Shown in pieces: positions 24,934-32,000 of a DNA stretch of 32,000 bases (position 1 is its first letter; each line of letters starts with the position of its first letter). The position numbers were made by a program, and so were the translations under genes. The DNA comes from an uncultured bacterium (GTDB taxonomy: Bacteria; Auribacterota; JACPWU01). The notes beneath the pieces were generated by a model that ran no database searches, was not told where the DNA came from, and was given only the letters and a program-made list of their open reading frames with translations. Location of the stretch: assembly GCA_964640155.1 (NCBI GenBank), contig CAZXEQ010000003.1, positions 194,189-226,188 of the forward strand, written 5' to 3'.

Positions 24934-25941
24934 ATGAAAACTTCTTTAGAACTAACTCCTACAAATCTTAATAAAAAATTTATTTGGAAAACAGATATTT
25001 CTCCTGTCGCTTGGGATCAATTGCTTGCCAAAGAGGGGGGGCATCCTTTGCAGTCTGCATTATGGGGGAACGCTCGTAAAGAAGTCGATAGAATCATTGA
25101 TTATCGATGGGCTGCTTTTTTAAAAGACGAGCTAGTCTGGATAGGACGTTTTGAAGAAAGAAGTCTTTCTGGAGTAGGCAAAGTCGCATGGATACCCAAA
25201 GGCCCTATAGCTGTTAAGAACAGTGAGACAGTTCAAGCACAAAGAGAATTTATTTCTTTATTGAGAGATAAAGGATATATGTTGGTCATTTTTGATCCCT
25301 GCTTGGTTGATTCTACTTTTTTTTTATCTTATGTTCCTCTTTTAAAATCTTACACTATTCTGATTGATTTGAATCGTGGGAAAGAGGATTTATGGAGAGG
25401 ACTTGATAAACAGTGGAGATACGGAGTTCGCGCAGCAGCAAGGGCAGGAGTCGTCATTGAACAAACAAAAGACATGCATGATATAGCAAATTTTTATTCT
25501 TTATGCACCCAATTGGGCAAAAAAAAAGGATTTGAAGTTTCAGGATCACAAGAACTGATAGCAGAACTATTAAAAAACTCCCATGAGACTGCTGTACAGA
25601 CGCAGCTCTTTGTTGTTCGCTGCCAAGGTAAAATCGCGTCAGGAGCAGTGATATTGAAAAGCGGAAGATCAATATATTATTTTTGGGGTGCTACGGATCG
25701 TAGTTTTAGCAAACAACGTGTGGCCGAAGCTGTACAATGGGGTGTCATAGAATGGGCATTGGAGCAGGGAGTAGAGACGTATGATCTTGGTGGGATTGAT
25801 CCAATAAAAAATCCAGGTGTATATACTTTTAAAAGTAAAATGGGGGGTAAAGAAGTTTCCTTGTCAAGATTGTATGGATATCCTCTTAACATGACGGGTC
25901 AAGTTGTACTTAAATTAGGACGTTGGCTAAAAAGATTCTGA
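24934..25941 (+). CDS. FemAB-family (aminoacyl-tRNA-dependent peptidyl/aminoacyl) transferase-like protein
   Basis: 335 aa. N-terminal WDQLLAKEGGHPLQSALWGNARK block and a later YYFWGATDR block, as in FemA/FemB/FemX-like proteins of Gram-negative exopolysaccharide loci. Preceded by the longest intergenic gap in the window (149 nt). Confidence 0.7.
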   Translation: MKTSLELTPTNLNKKFIWKTDISPVAWDQLLAKEGGHPLQSALWGNARKEVDRIIDYRWAAFLKDELVWIGRFEERSLSGVGKVAWIPKGPIAVKNSETVQAQREFISLLRDKGYMLVIFDPCLVDSTFFLSYVPLLKSYTILIDLNRGKEDLWRGLDKQWRYGVRAAARAGVVIEQTKDMHDIANFYSLCTQLGKKKGFEVSGSQELIAELLKNSHETAVQTQLFVVRCQGKIASGAVILKSGRSIYYFWGATDRSFSKQRVAEAVQWGVIEWALEQGVETYDLGGIDPIKNPGVYTFKSKMGGKEVSLSRLYGYPLNMTGQVVLKLGRWLKRF

Positions 25942-25946
25942 ATTCT

Positions 25947-27128
25947 ATGAAACTTAAGGTTCTTTGCATTACCCCTTGGTTCCCTAATGTTCCAACTGAT
26001 TCATTAGGAAGTTATATTTATAGGTCCTGCGAGGCTTTGATTGGGGCCGATGTTTCTATAGTGACACTTGTTGTTCGCCCTTGGACGCCGAGAATTTTTG
26101 GGCTCTTTTATGAAGACTGGATTCGTCCACGTCTTCAAAAAGAAAGATTTAGCTCATTATTGAATCTTCATATAAACCATTATCTGAGCATTCCGAGAAA
26201 TTTCTTCTACAATCTATCTCTTTCTTTATACCGTTTTGGAACGGAGAGGATGATTAGAGAGCTGGTACATCGGCATCATATACAGATTATACATGCTCAC
26301 ACAGAAATTCCAGGTACAGGGGCTGTTCGTATTGCGAAGAAACTATCAGTTCCGGTGATCATTACACTTCATGGTATAAGTACTTCTAAACGTATACTTA
26401 ATACGGAAAAAAAACAAAATTCTTTGAAAAAAACTTTGTCTCATGCCGACAGAGTTGTTCTTGTCGGTGAACCTCTGCGGTCTTACTTTTCTCCCTTGGC
26501 GGGGAGGGACGATCATTTTCGTATTGTTCATAATGGATTTTTTCTTCCACATCAAGGATATTACCGCAAGGAGCATCGTAAGAGACTAAAGATCATCAGT
26601 GTGGCAAATCTTCATGAAGGCAAAGGAATAGATCTTACTATACAAGCTCTTGCTCGTGTTGAAAAAGCGGGATTTGTCCACTGGACTTATGATGTTGTAG
26701 GTGGAGGTAGCGAACGTGTTAATCTTGAAGCTTTGGTGAAATCTTTAGGTCTGATGCATAAGATTTTCTTTCACGGAGGCCAGCCTCATGATAAAGCTCT
26801 TGGTTTACTCAAAGAAGCTGATGTTTTTCTTCTTCCTTCCTATAGAGAATCTTTTGGTATTGCTAATTTGGAGGCTATGGGTGCTGGGCTTTTATCCATT
26901 GGTGTTCGAGGGCAGGGGACAGAGGCATTTATTAAAGATGGATTAACAGGTTTTCTAGTTCCTCCTCATGATGTAGATGCAATCACGAATCTTTTGATAG
27001 AGATTATGAGTCAAAAGATTGACTGGAAAAAGATAGCTACTGCAGGCTATGAATATGCCCACAAAGAATTTACCTGGAATGCTCATGCGCAAAAATTAAT
27101 AAAAGTATATGAAGAAATTCTAAAATAG
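25947..27128 (+). CDS. GT4-family (GT-B fold) glycosyltransferase
   Basis: MKLKVLCITPWFP N-terminus. C-terminal EX7E-type region (LLPSYRESFGIANLEAMGAGLLSIG). ATG 25947 lies just after the upstream stop. The tracked TTG 25923 start overlaps the upstream gene and is less likely. Confidence 0.85.
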   Translation: MKLKVLCITPWFPNVPTDSLGSYIYRSCEALIGADVSIVTLVVRPWTPRIFGLFYEDWIRPRLQKERFSSLLNLHINHYLSIPRNFFYNLSLSLYRFGTERMIRELVHRHHIQIIHAHTEIPGTGAVRIAKKLSVPVIITLHGISTSKRILNTEKKQNSLKKTLSHADRVVLVGEPLRSYFSPLAGRDDHFRIVHNGFFLPHQGYYRKEHRKRLKIISVANLHEGKGIDLTIQALARVEKAGFVHWTYDVVGGGSERVNLEALVKSLGLMHKIFFHGGQPHDKALGLLKEADVFLLPSYRESFGIANLEAMGAGLLSIGVRGQGTEAFIKDGLTGFLVPPHDVDAITNLLIEIMSQKIDWKKIATAGYEYAHKEFTWNAHAQKLIKVYEEILK

Positions 27129-27167
27129 ATTTCTTTTATTCTTACAATAAGGATCTTAGAATAAGAT

Positions 27168-28289
27168 ATGTTTCTAATGATTTATATAGAACCAACTCCG
27201 TATATTTTAGGCTTGATTAAAGAAGTTAGAAAGCAGACCGCTGGAAATTTGGAAGTCATCTTTCTCAAAGAAAACATCACTCAAACATGGAATTTATCGA
27301 ATTTGGATGGTGTGGATACAATTCTGTCCCGTTTACGTGTAAATCCAATACAATACCTAATACAAAAGATTACTAAGAATTCGTATCAATGTGTTCATCT
27401 TGCAGGATGGTCAGACTATTTAGTTTTATTTGTGCTGTTTTTTTCATGGTTTAAAAATATACCTGTGGCGATCGAATCTGATACACAGATTTCTTGGCAT
27501 CATATTATGTGGAAGAAAATAGTTAAAAGGATCTTTTATCCTGTTCTTTTTAAGTTCCCATCAGTTTTTCTTCCTGGAGGCTCTCGCCAGGCGGAGTATT
27601 TTCGTTATTACGGTGTTCATGAGTCACGTATTTGTATTGCACAAATGACAGTAGATGTTTCTTATATTATGAGTCGATGTAAGCAAATGGGGAGTCATAG
27701 GAAAATTGAAATAAGAAAACAATTAGGTTTTTCTATGGATGAGGTGCTTTTCATTTTTGTTGGACGGCTTGTAGATTGGAAAGGGATAAAAGATCTCATG
27801 ATGGCGTTTGATGGGATCTCTTCTTTGCATAAGAGTGCACGACTTCTTGTTGTGGGAAATGGACCTGAAAAAGAGTTTGTTGAGGATGCGGTGAGAAAAA
27901 ATGGGGCTATTAAGTATATGGGACGGCTTGATCAAGAAGAAGTTCTCGATATGTACTATGCTTCCGATATTGCAGTTGTCCCATCCTTCAAAGAACCTTG
28001 GGGGCTGGTTGTTAATGAGGCAATGGCTGCTGGACTTCCTGTTATTGTTTCGGATCAGGTTGGGTGCATTGATGATCTTATTCAAAATGGCAAAACAGGT
28101 CTTATCTTTCCTTCTGGTGATAGAAGAGCTTTGGCAGAGGCGATGCAAAAACTACTTTTTTCTAGAGAAGAAAGAAAACGGATGGGGCTAAATGGAATGT
28201 CAGTTATTTCTGGGTGGACGTTTGAAGAAGAGGCTAAACGAATTGTCGCTAGTTGGGATACTATTACACAGGTGGAGAAAATATCATGA
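27168..28289 (+). CDS. GT4-family (GT-B fold) glycosyltransferase
   Basis: 373 aa. FVGRLVDWKGIKDL and VVPSFKEPWGLVVNEAMAAGLPVIVSD blocks (EX7E region). Confidence 0.85.
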   Translation: MFLMIYIEPTPYILGLIKEVRKQTAGNLEVIFLKENITQTWNLSNLDGVDTILSRLRVNPIQYLIQKITKNSYQCVHLAGWSDYLVLFVLFFSWFKNIPVAIESDTQISWHHIMWKKIVKRIFYPVLFKFPSVFLPGGSRQAEYFRYYGVHESRICIAQMTVDVSYIMSRCKQMGSHRKIEIRKQLGFSMDEVLFIFVGRLVDWKGIKDLMMAFDGISSLHKSARLLVVGNGPEKEFVEDAVRKNGAIKYMGRLDQEEVLDMYYASDIAVVPSFKEPWGLVVNEAMAAGLPVIVSDQVGCIDDLIQNGKTGLIFPSGDRRALAEAMQKLLFSREERKRMGLNGMSVISGWTFEEEAKRIVASWDTITQVEKIS

Positions 28290-29632
28290 AAAAATATTAT
28301 CATTGGTTATTTTTACTAACAATACTCGTCTTTACATGTATGTCTATTTCTTCTCCTCTCTTAGAATTTATGCCAAACGCTCGCTGGATTATTCTTTTTA
28401 TTTTGGTGGGACAGGTTTTTCTACTTTTCAAGAAAAGAATGAGCTTTGGATTTTTTGCGGTATCAGGCCTGTATGCAATTTGGTGTTTGCTTACTTTTTT
28501 TTGGTCTGAATCTCCACAACTGACGTTTATGAAATCAAGCGCTTCGTTGGCAATTATATTTACAATGAGTCTATCAGGTTATGCCTGGGCCATGAGGAAT
28601 AATGAGGAAAAGATTTTTGACTATTTACTTCCTGTTGTGGTGGTTACTTTTTTTGCTTTAATTTTAGGACTGGGCAAAGAGAGCAGTTTTTTAAGCCATG
28701 GTCGAGATTTTGCTTTGTATCAAGGTGTAACAAGCAATCCAAATATGTTGGGAGCTCTTATTGGGATGTCATTACCCTTTTGTATATGGCACACATATAA
28801 GAACTGGAAAAGAGGGCGAAGAAAAATGTTTTGGATTGTAATCTGTAGTGGCCTCTTGATCTGTCTTAATGTTACGTTGTCACGTTCAGCTATGTTAATG
28901 GCTTTCACAATAGTGGGAGGTTTCCTCTTTGCTTTTCGCGCAAGAAGAATTGTCGAGGTGATATATCTTATAGCTTTATTAGTGATTAGCTTTTATGCGG
29001 TGATGCCAGAAATAGGAGCAAAGGTAAAGACCAGTGTTCTGTATAAGTTTTCTAGAGAAGATCAAGGAGTCCTTTTCTCCAGGCAATGGATTTGGAGAGA
29101 GTCTTGGGAACAGGCAAAGTTAGGTGGACTTATTGGAGGTGGTTATGGTGTTACAATTGGTATGTCAGAATGGGATAGAATCAATTTTTCATCGGCAAGT
29201 TATGGAAGAGAAAAAGGGAATTCCCAGTTAGCCATTATTGAAGAAATAGGTGTGATAGGCGTTGTTTTGTATAGCTCTTTGATTATCTTGCTACTGAAAT
29301 ATGTTTATACTGCCTTCAAGAGGACATCTGCTGGGAGTGATAGAGTTGCTTTAGGGCTAGCATTAGGAACAATTTGTGGAATGATTCTTCACTCTATCTT
29401 TGAAGCATGGTGGACTGCGCCGGGCTCTCCAGAGAGTATTATATTCTGGTCAACAGTTGGTGTAGCTTTAGGTTTATCAGACTCGGTCTGTAGAAATCGA
29501 AAAAACGAAATGAATTCCTATTTGATGGGAGTCAAGGGGACAAGAGGTTATAGAAGCTTTTATGCTGGCAGAGCAATTTTACCGGGACAATCACAAATCT
29601 CTCAAACTTCAAAGCCAACAGAACTCTTATGA
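28286..29632 (+). CDS. Wzy_C-domain polytopic membrane protein (O-antigen polymerase/ligase family)
   Basis: About 448 aa with many hydrophobic helices. SRSAMLMAF block and a large loop before the C-terminal helices, as in Wzy/WaaL-type proteins. ATG 28286 forms an ATGA overlap with the upstream stop. Confidence 0.75.
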   Translation: MKKYYHWLFLLTILVFTCMSISSPLLEFMPNARWIILFILVGQVFLLFKKRMSFGFFAVSGLYAIWCLLTFFWSESPQLTFMKSSASLAIIFTMSLSGYAWAMRNNEEKIFDYLLPVVVVTFFALILGLGKESSFLSHGRDFALYQGVTSNPNMLGALIGMSLPFCIWHTYKNWKRGRRKMFWIVICSGLLICLNVTLSRSAMLMAFTIVGGFLFAFRARRIVEVIYLIALLVISFYAVMPEIGAKVKTSVLYKFSREDQGVLFSRQWIWRESWEQAKLGGLIGGGYGVTIGMSEWDRINFSSASYGREKGNSQLAIIEEIGVIGVVLYSSLIILLLKYVYTAFKRTSAGSDRVALGLALGTICGMILHSIFEAWWTAPGSPESIIFWSTVGVALGLSDSVCRNRKNEMNSYLMGVKGTRGYRSFYAGRAILPGQSQISQTSKPTELL

Positions 29633-30432
29633 GAAGTCTTGCTTATAAGCGATTGGCGGGAAGGTTGTTTGGGCTTTTAAAAAGAAGTTGTAATCGAAGG
29701 GCAATCATTACCTATCACTCGGTGGGTTCGCGCGGGCCCTGGTCGGTACCCATTGAGCAATTTGTAGAGCAAATGAAATGGCTCAAATCAAATGCCAATG
29801 TACTTTCAATGGATGAAATTGTTTCTGGGAAAGAAGTTAAAGGTTTAAATATTACAATTACATTTGACGACGGATATCGATGTTTACACAATATCGTTGA
29901 TCCTATATTGGCTGAGCATGGATTCCCTGCGATCGTATATATAAACACAGAAGTCATATCTGAAGAAAAGCCAATGCTTTCAAATTCTGATAAGGGTTAT
30001 TATTCCGATGAAGAGTTTCTCACATGGAGTGACGTGATGGAGTTACGGAAAAAAAGTTGGACGATTGGATCGCATAGTGCTAAGCATATGGATATGACAA
30101 AATTAGCTATAGAAGATTTAGAGCATCAAGTAACTGAGTCAAAAAAGGTTATTGAATCTAAGCTTGGTGTTCGTTGTAATCATTTCTGCTATCCATGGGG
30201 ACTTTATAATGAGAGGACTCAACAGGTTTTGCATAAAGCAGGTTATCACAATGCGGTCTGCACCTATCATGCGCCTTTGTCAAAGCAACATAACCGCTTC
30301 GCTTTGCCTAGACTTGATATAAGGAGTGAATACACTCTTAAGGATTTTACTTCTGTTGTTTGTGGGCATTGGGATTTTATTGGATGGGTACATGGATTTA
30401 AAGGCAGATATAGTCGTGATTCTTCTTATTAA
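29629..30432 (+). CDS. NodB-homology (CE4) polysaccharide deacetylase
   Basis: 267 aa. Motif 1 ITFDDGY, motif 2 IGSHSAKH, later FCYPWG. The start forms an ATGA overlap. Confidence 0.85.
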   Translation: MRSLAYKRLAGRLFGLLKRSCNRRAIITYHSVGSRGPWSVPIEQFVEQMKWLKSNANVLSMDEIVSGKEVKGLNITITFDDGYRCLHNIVDPILAEHGFPAIVYINTEVISEEKPMLSNSDKGYYSDEEFLTWSDVMELRKKSWTIGSHSAKHMDMTKLAIEDLEHQVTESKKVIESKLGVRCNHFCYPWGLYNERTQQVLHKAGYHNAVCTYHAPLSKQHNRFALPRLDIRSEYTLKDFTSVVCGHWDFIGWVHGFKGRYSRDSSY

Positions 30433-31555
30433 TGGAATATCTCTTAAGGAAGGCGGAGGTCTTCTCGTTTTTAAACGTCTGGTAGAAGGTTTTTGTGCTT
30501 TATTCCCTGATGTTCATATTCACATTGTAGTTAATAGTCGAGTTTCTAATCATAGCGAGTTTAATTTAGATAAAGTGAAACGATGGGTATATCCATTCGC
30601 TGAAAAATTTCCTTTTACCGTTCGTCTTTGGTATGAATTTTTGCTGCCCAGACTTGCAAAATGCATCAAGGCAGATATTTTATTTTCCTTAACCAATTAT
30701 CTCCCAAGTCGTTTAAAGCTTCCATCTCTTCTCTTAGTTCAGAATGCAGGTCATTTTTCAGATATTTTTCAAAAGGCACAATATGAGGCCTTCCCTGATA
30801 TATTAGATCGTCTAGCTTGGAGAACGAAAACATCTTGGGTTTACCAGTCCATTATGAAAGCCTCTATGGTGACAGTTCAAACAAAAAGCCTTTCAAATAG
30901 TGTTAGTGAAAAACTCAATTTTTCGGAACAGAGATTGCGTGTTATTCCACATGGATCAGGCACATGTAATCATGTTGAAACGAGTAAATCTTTTCCAAGG
31001 AATGATTTTTGGAGAATAGGATACATTACGATGTATGGTGTACAAAAAAACTTCAATGTTCTTTTTCAGGCTATTGCAGAACTTCGTAGGCAGGGACGAA
31101 AAGTTGTTCTGGTTCTCTCTCTGAATCCAAATTCTAAAAAGAATGCAGAGGTTCTTAATGATGCATGCAAGCTTGGTATTGGGGATTTGATTGAAAATCA
31201 TGGAGATGTTCCTTTTGAAGAGGTGCAACGGATTTATCATTCTCTAGATCTTTTTGTTTATCCTTCTTTTTGTGAATCTTTCGGCTTTTCTATGGTAGAG
31301 GCAATGGCGTGTGCTATTCCTATATTGGTTGCTAATATTCCTGGGAATAGAGAAGTTACGGGGGTAGCAGGTATCCCCTTTTCCCCTTTTAATTATCTTA
31401 ATCTCACAGAGAAAATATGTAAATTAATGGAGGATGAAAAGGCTTATACAGAGGCTTCTAGAGCCAGTCTAAAGAAAGCAGGTGATTTTTCCTGGTCGAC
31501 TGCGGTCAAAGAAACGATGGCTCTCATTCAATGCATGGCAGACGGTACTTGTTAA
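30392..31555 (+). CDS. GT4-family (GT-B fold) glycosyltransferase
   Basis: C-terminal FVYPSFCESFGFSMVEAMACAIPILVAN (EX7E region). The tracked GTG 30326 start adds a long overlap with the deacetylase. ATG 30392 (MDLKADIVVILLINGI) or GTG 30416 is more plausible, so the start is uncertain. Confidence 0.75.
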   Translation: MDLKADIVVILLINGISLKEGGGLLVFKRLVEGFCALFPDVHIHIVVNSRVSNHSEFNLDKVKRWVYPFAEKFPFTVRLWYEFLLPRLAKCIKADILFSLTNYLPSRLKLPSLLLVQNAGHFSDIFQKAQYEAFPDILDRLAWRTKTSWVYQSIMKASMVTVQTKSLSNSVSEKLNFSEQRLRVIPHGSGTCNHVETSKSFPRNDFWRIGYITMYGVQKNFNVLFQAIAELRRQGRKVVLVLSLNPNSKKNAEVLNDACKLGIGDLIENHGDVPFEEVQRIYHSLDLFVYPSFCESFGFSMVEAMACAIPILVANIPGNREVTGVAGIPFSPFNYLNLTEKICKLMEDEKAYTEASRASLKKAGDFSWSTAVKETMALIQCMADGTC

Positions 31556-31577
31556 TCTAAAAACGAGAGATGGGTTG

Positions 31578-32000
31578 ATGAAAATTTTAGTGGGTCATAA
31601 TTGGCAAGAAGGTTTTTTAGATTACTTTCGTAGCAATTTTGACTATCGTGTCCAAGTTCTAGCATTTAAGAATCTTGAAAAAATAAACGATCTTTATTTT
31701 GTTCGCCCCTATCGTCTTCATTTGATTTGGAACTATTTTCGTGAAGTCGGAATCATGCAACTTTTTCGAAAAGTTTTATCACGCACTCAGGAAAAATGGC
31801 GCAATGAGAAATATATATCTTGTGGAATAGGAAAAATCATTGAATCAGCTGATGAGTCTATTTTTCCCGTAAATCAGTTGGTTGTTTTCATTGCTCCATG
31901 CCATCCAGCTTGTGTAGAAAGAATTGTTCTTTCTGCTGCTTTTATGATGAAGATCAATTTTGAGATGCTACCACAGATTATTGATGAAAAAAGAATCTTA
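31578..32000 (+). CDS. 5' part of a CDS running off the right edge (product unknown)
   Basis: ATG 31578 opens 141 stop-free codons to the window end (MKILVGHNWQEGFLDYFRSNFDYRVQVLAFKNLEKINDLYF...). It is absent from the ORF track because no stop lies in the window. No recognisable motif. Confidence 0.45.
   Translation, partial: MKILVGHNWQEGFLDYFRSNFDYRVQVLAFKNLEKINDLYFVRPYRLHLIWNYFREVGIMQLFRKVLSRTQEKWRNEKYISCGIGKIIESADESIFPVNQLVVFIAPCHPACVERIVLSAAFMMKINFEMLPQIIDEKRIL

Noticed and set aside
27723-28148. Antisense ORFs of 60-141 aa: 27723-28148, 14828-15220, 10853-11194, 1513-1827, 3163-3456, and the other minus-strand entries.
   Set aside because: All lie wholly inside well-supported + strand genes. 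Their translations are low-complexity or odd in composition, with no motifs and no plausible start context. They are typical shadow ORFs.
27901-28509. Same-strand out-of-frame ORFs: 27901-28191, 28192-28509, 21986-22249, 17735-17920, 13011-13208, 11095-11289.
   Set aside because: They are embedded in alternative frames of genes with strong family motifs, and their products are Leu/Phe/Ile-rich artefacts of AT-rich sequence. There is no independent support.
3209-30391. Non-ATG or upstream starts given by the ORF track for several genes: 3209, 6444, 14271, 23433, 25923, 28253, 30326.
   Set aside because: Each is a TTG, GTG or upstream ATG lying inside the preceding gene. In every case a downstream in-frame ATG coincides with the preceding stop (ATGA/TAATG) or directly precedes the conserved N-terminal motif. 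The longest-ORF rule simply over-extends these genes.
1-32000. Scan for CRISPR arrays, tRNA/rRNA genes, IS/transposase or integrase genes, long direct or inverted repeats, and the ops/JUMPStart element (GGCGGTAG).
   Set aside because: Nothing was found by eye. The window is about 97% occupied by the + strand CDS array. The nearest G-rich strings (for example GGTGGCGGCGG at about 11711) lie inside coding sequence and do not match ops. This manual scan could miss short or degenerate elements.

Overview
The window is one co-directional (+ strand) surface-glycan locus of O-antigen/capsule type, about 31 kb, from a low-GC, probably Gram-negative genome; I cannot assign taxonomy from sequence alone. 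I call 29 complete and 2 edge-truncated CDS. Many are translationally coupled through ATGA or TAATG overlaps. I saw no tRNA, rRNA, IS element or CRISPR array.

Modules, left to right:
1. 125-5213: a ThDP-dependent E1 alpha/beta pair with no E2/E3, then a Zn-alcohol dehydrogenase and two sugar-nucleotide SDRs. This looks like a sugar-tailoring cassette.
2. 5197-8264: an uncharacterised putative transferase and a fused MsbA/PglK-type ABC exporter.
3. 8268-15808: a near-complete Campylobacter-type (GDP-linked) CMP-legionaminic acid pathway, made of LegC-, NeuC/LegG-, NeuB/LegI-, NeuD/LegH-, PtmE-, PtmF-, NeuA/LegF- and PtmA-like genes.
4. 15837-19666: an AT-rich block with a paralogue of the 5197 gene, an orphan 433-aa protein and a sulfotransferase-fold protein.
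5. 19785-24784: the most interesting part. It holds a CysC-like kinase, a SAM methyltransferase, a 786-aa ATP-grasp/phosphohistidine kinase, a class-I glutamine amidotransferase and a LicC-like nucleotidyltransferase. This gene set matches the C. jejuni O-methyl phosphoramidate (MeOPN) pathway (Cj1415-Cj1420). Routine annotation would probably read it as sulfation plus PEP synthase.
6. 24934-31555: a FemAB-family transferase, three GT4 glycosyltransferases, a Wzy_C-type polymerase/ligase and a NodB deacetylase.

All functional calls come from motifs read in the supplied translations. No database search was run.
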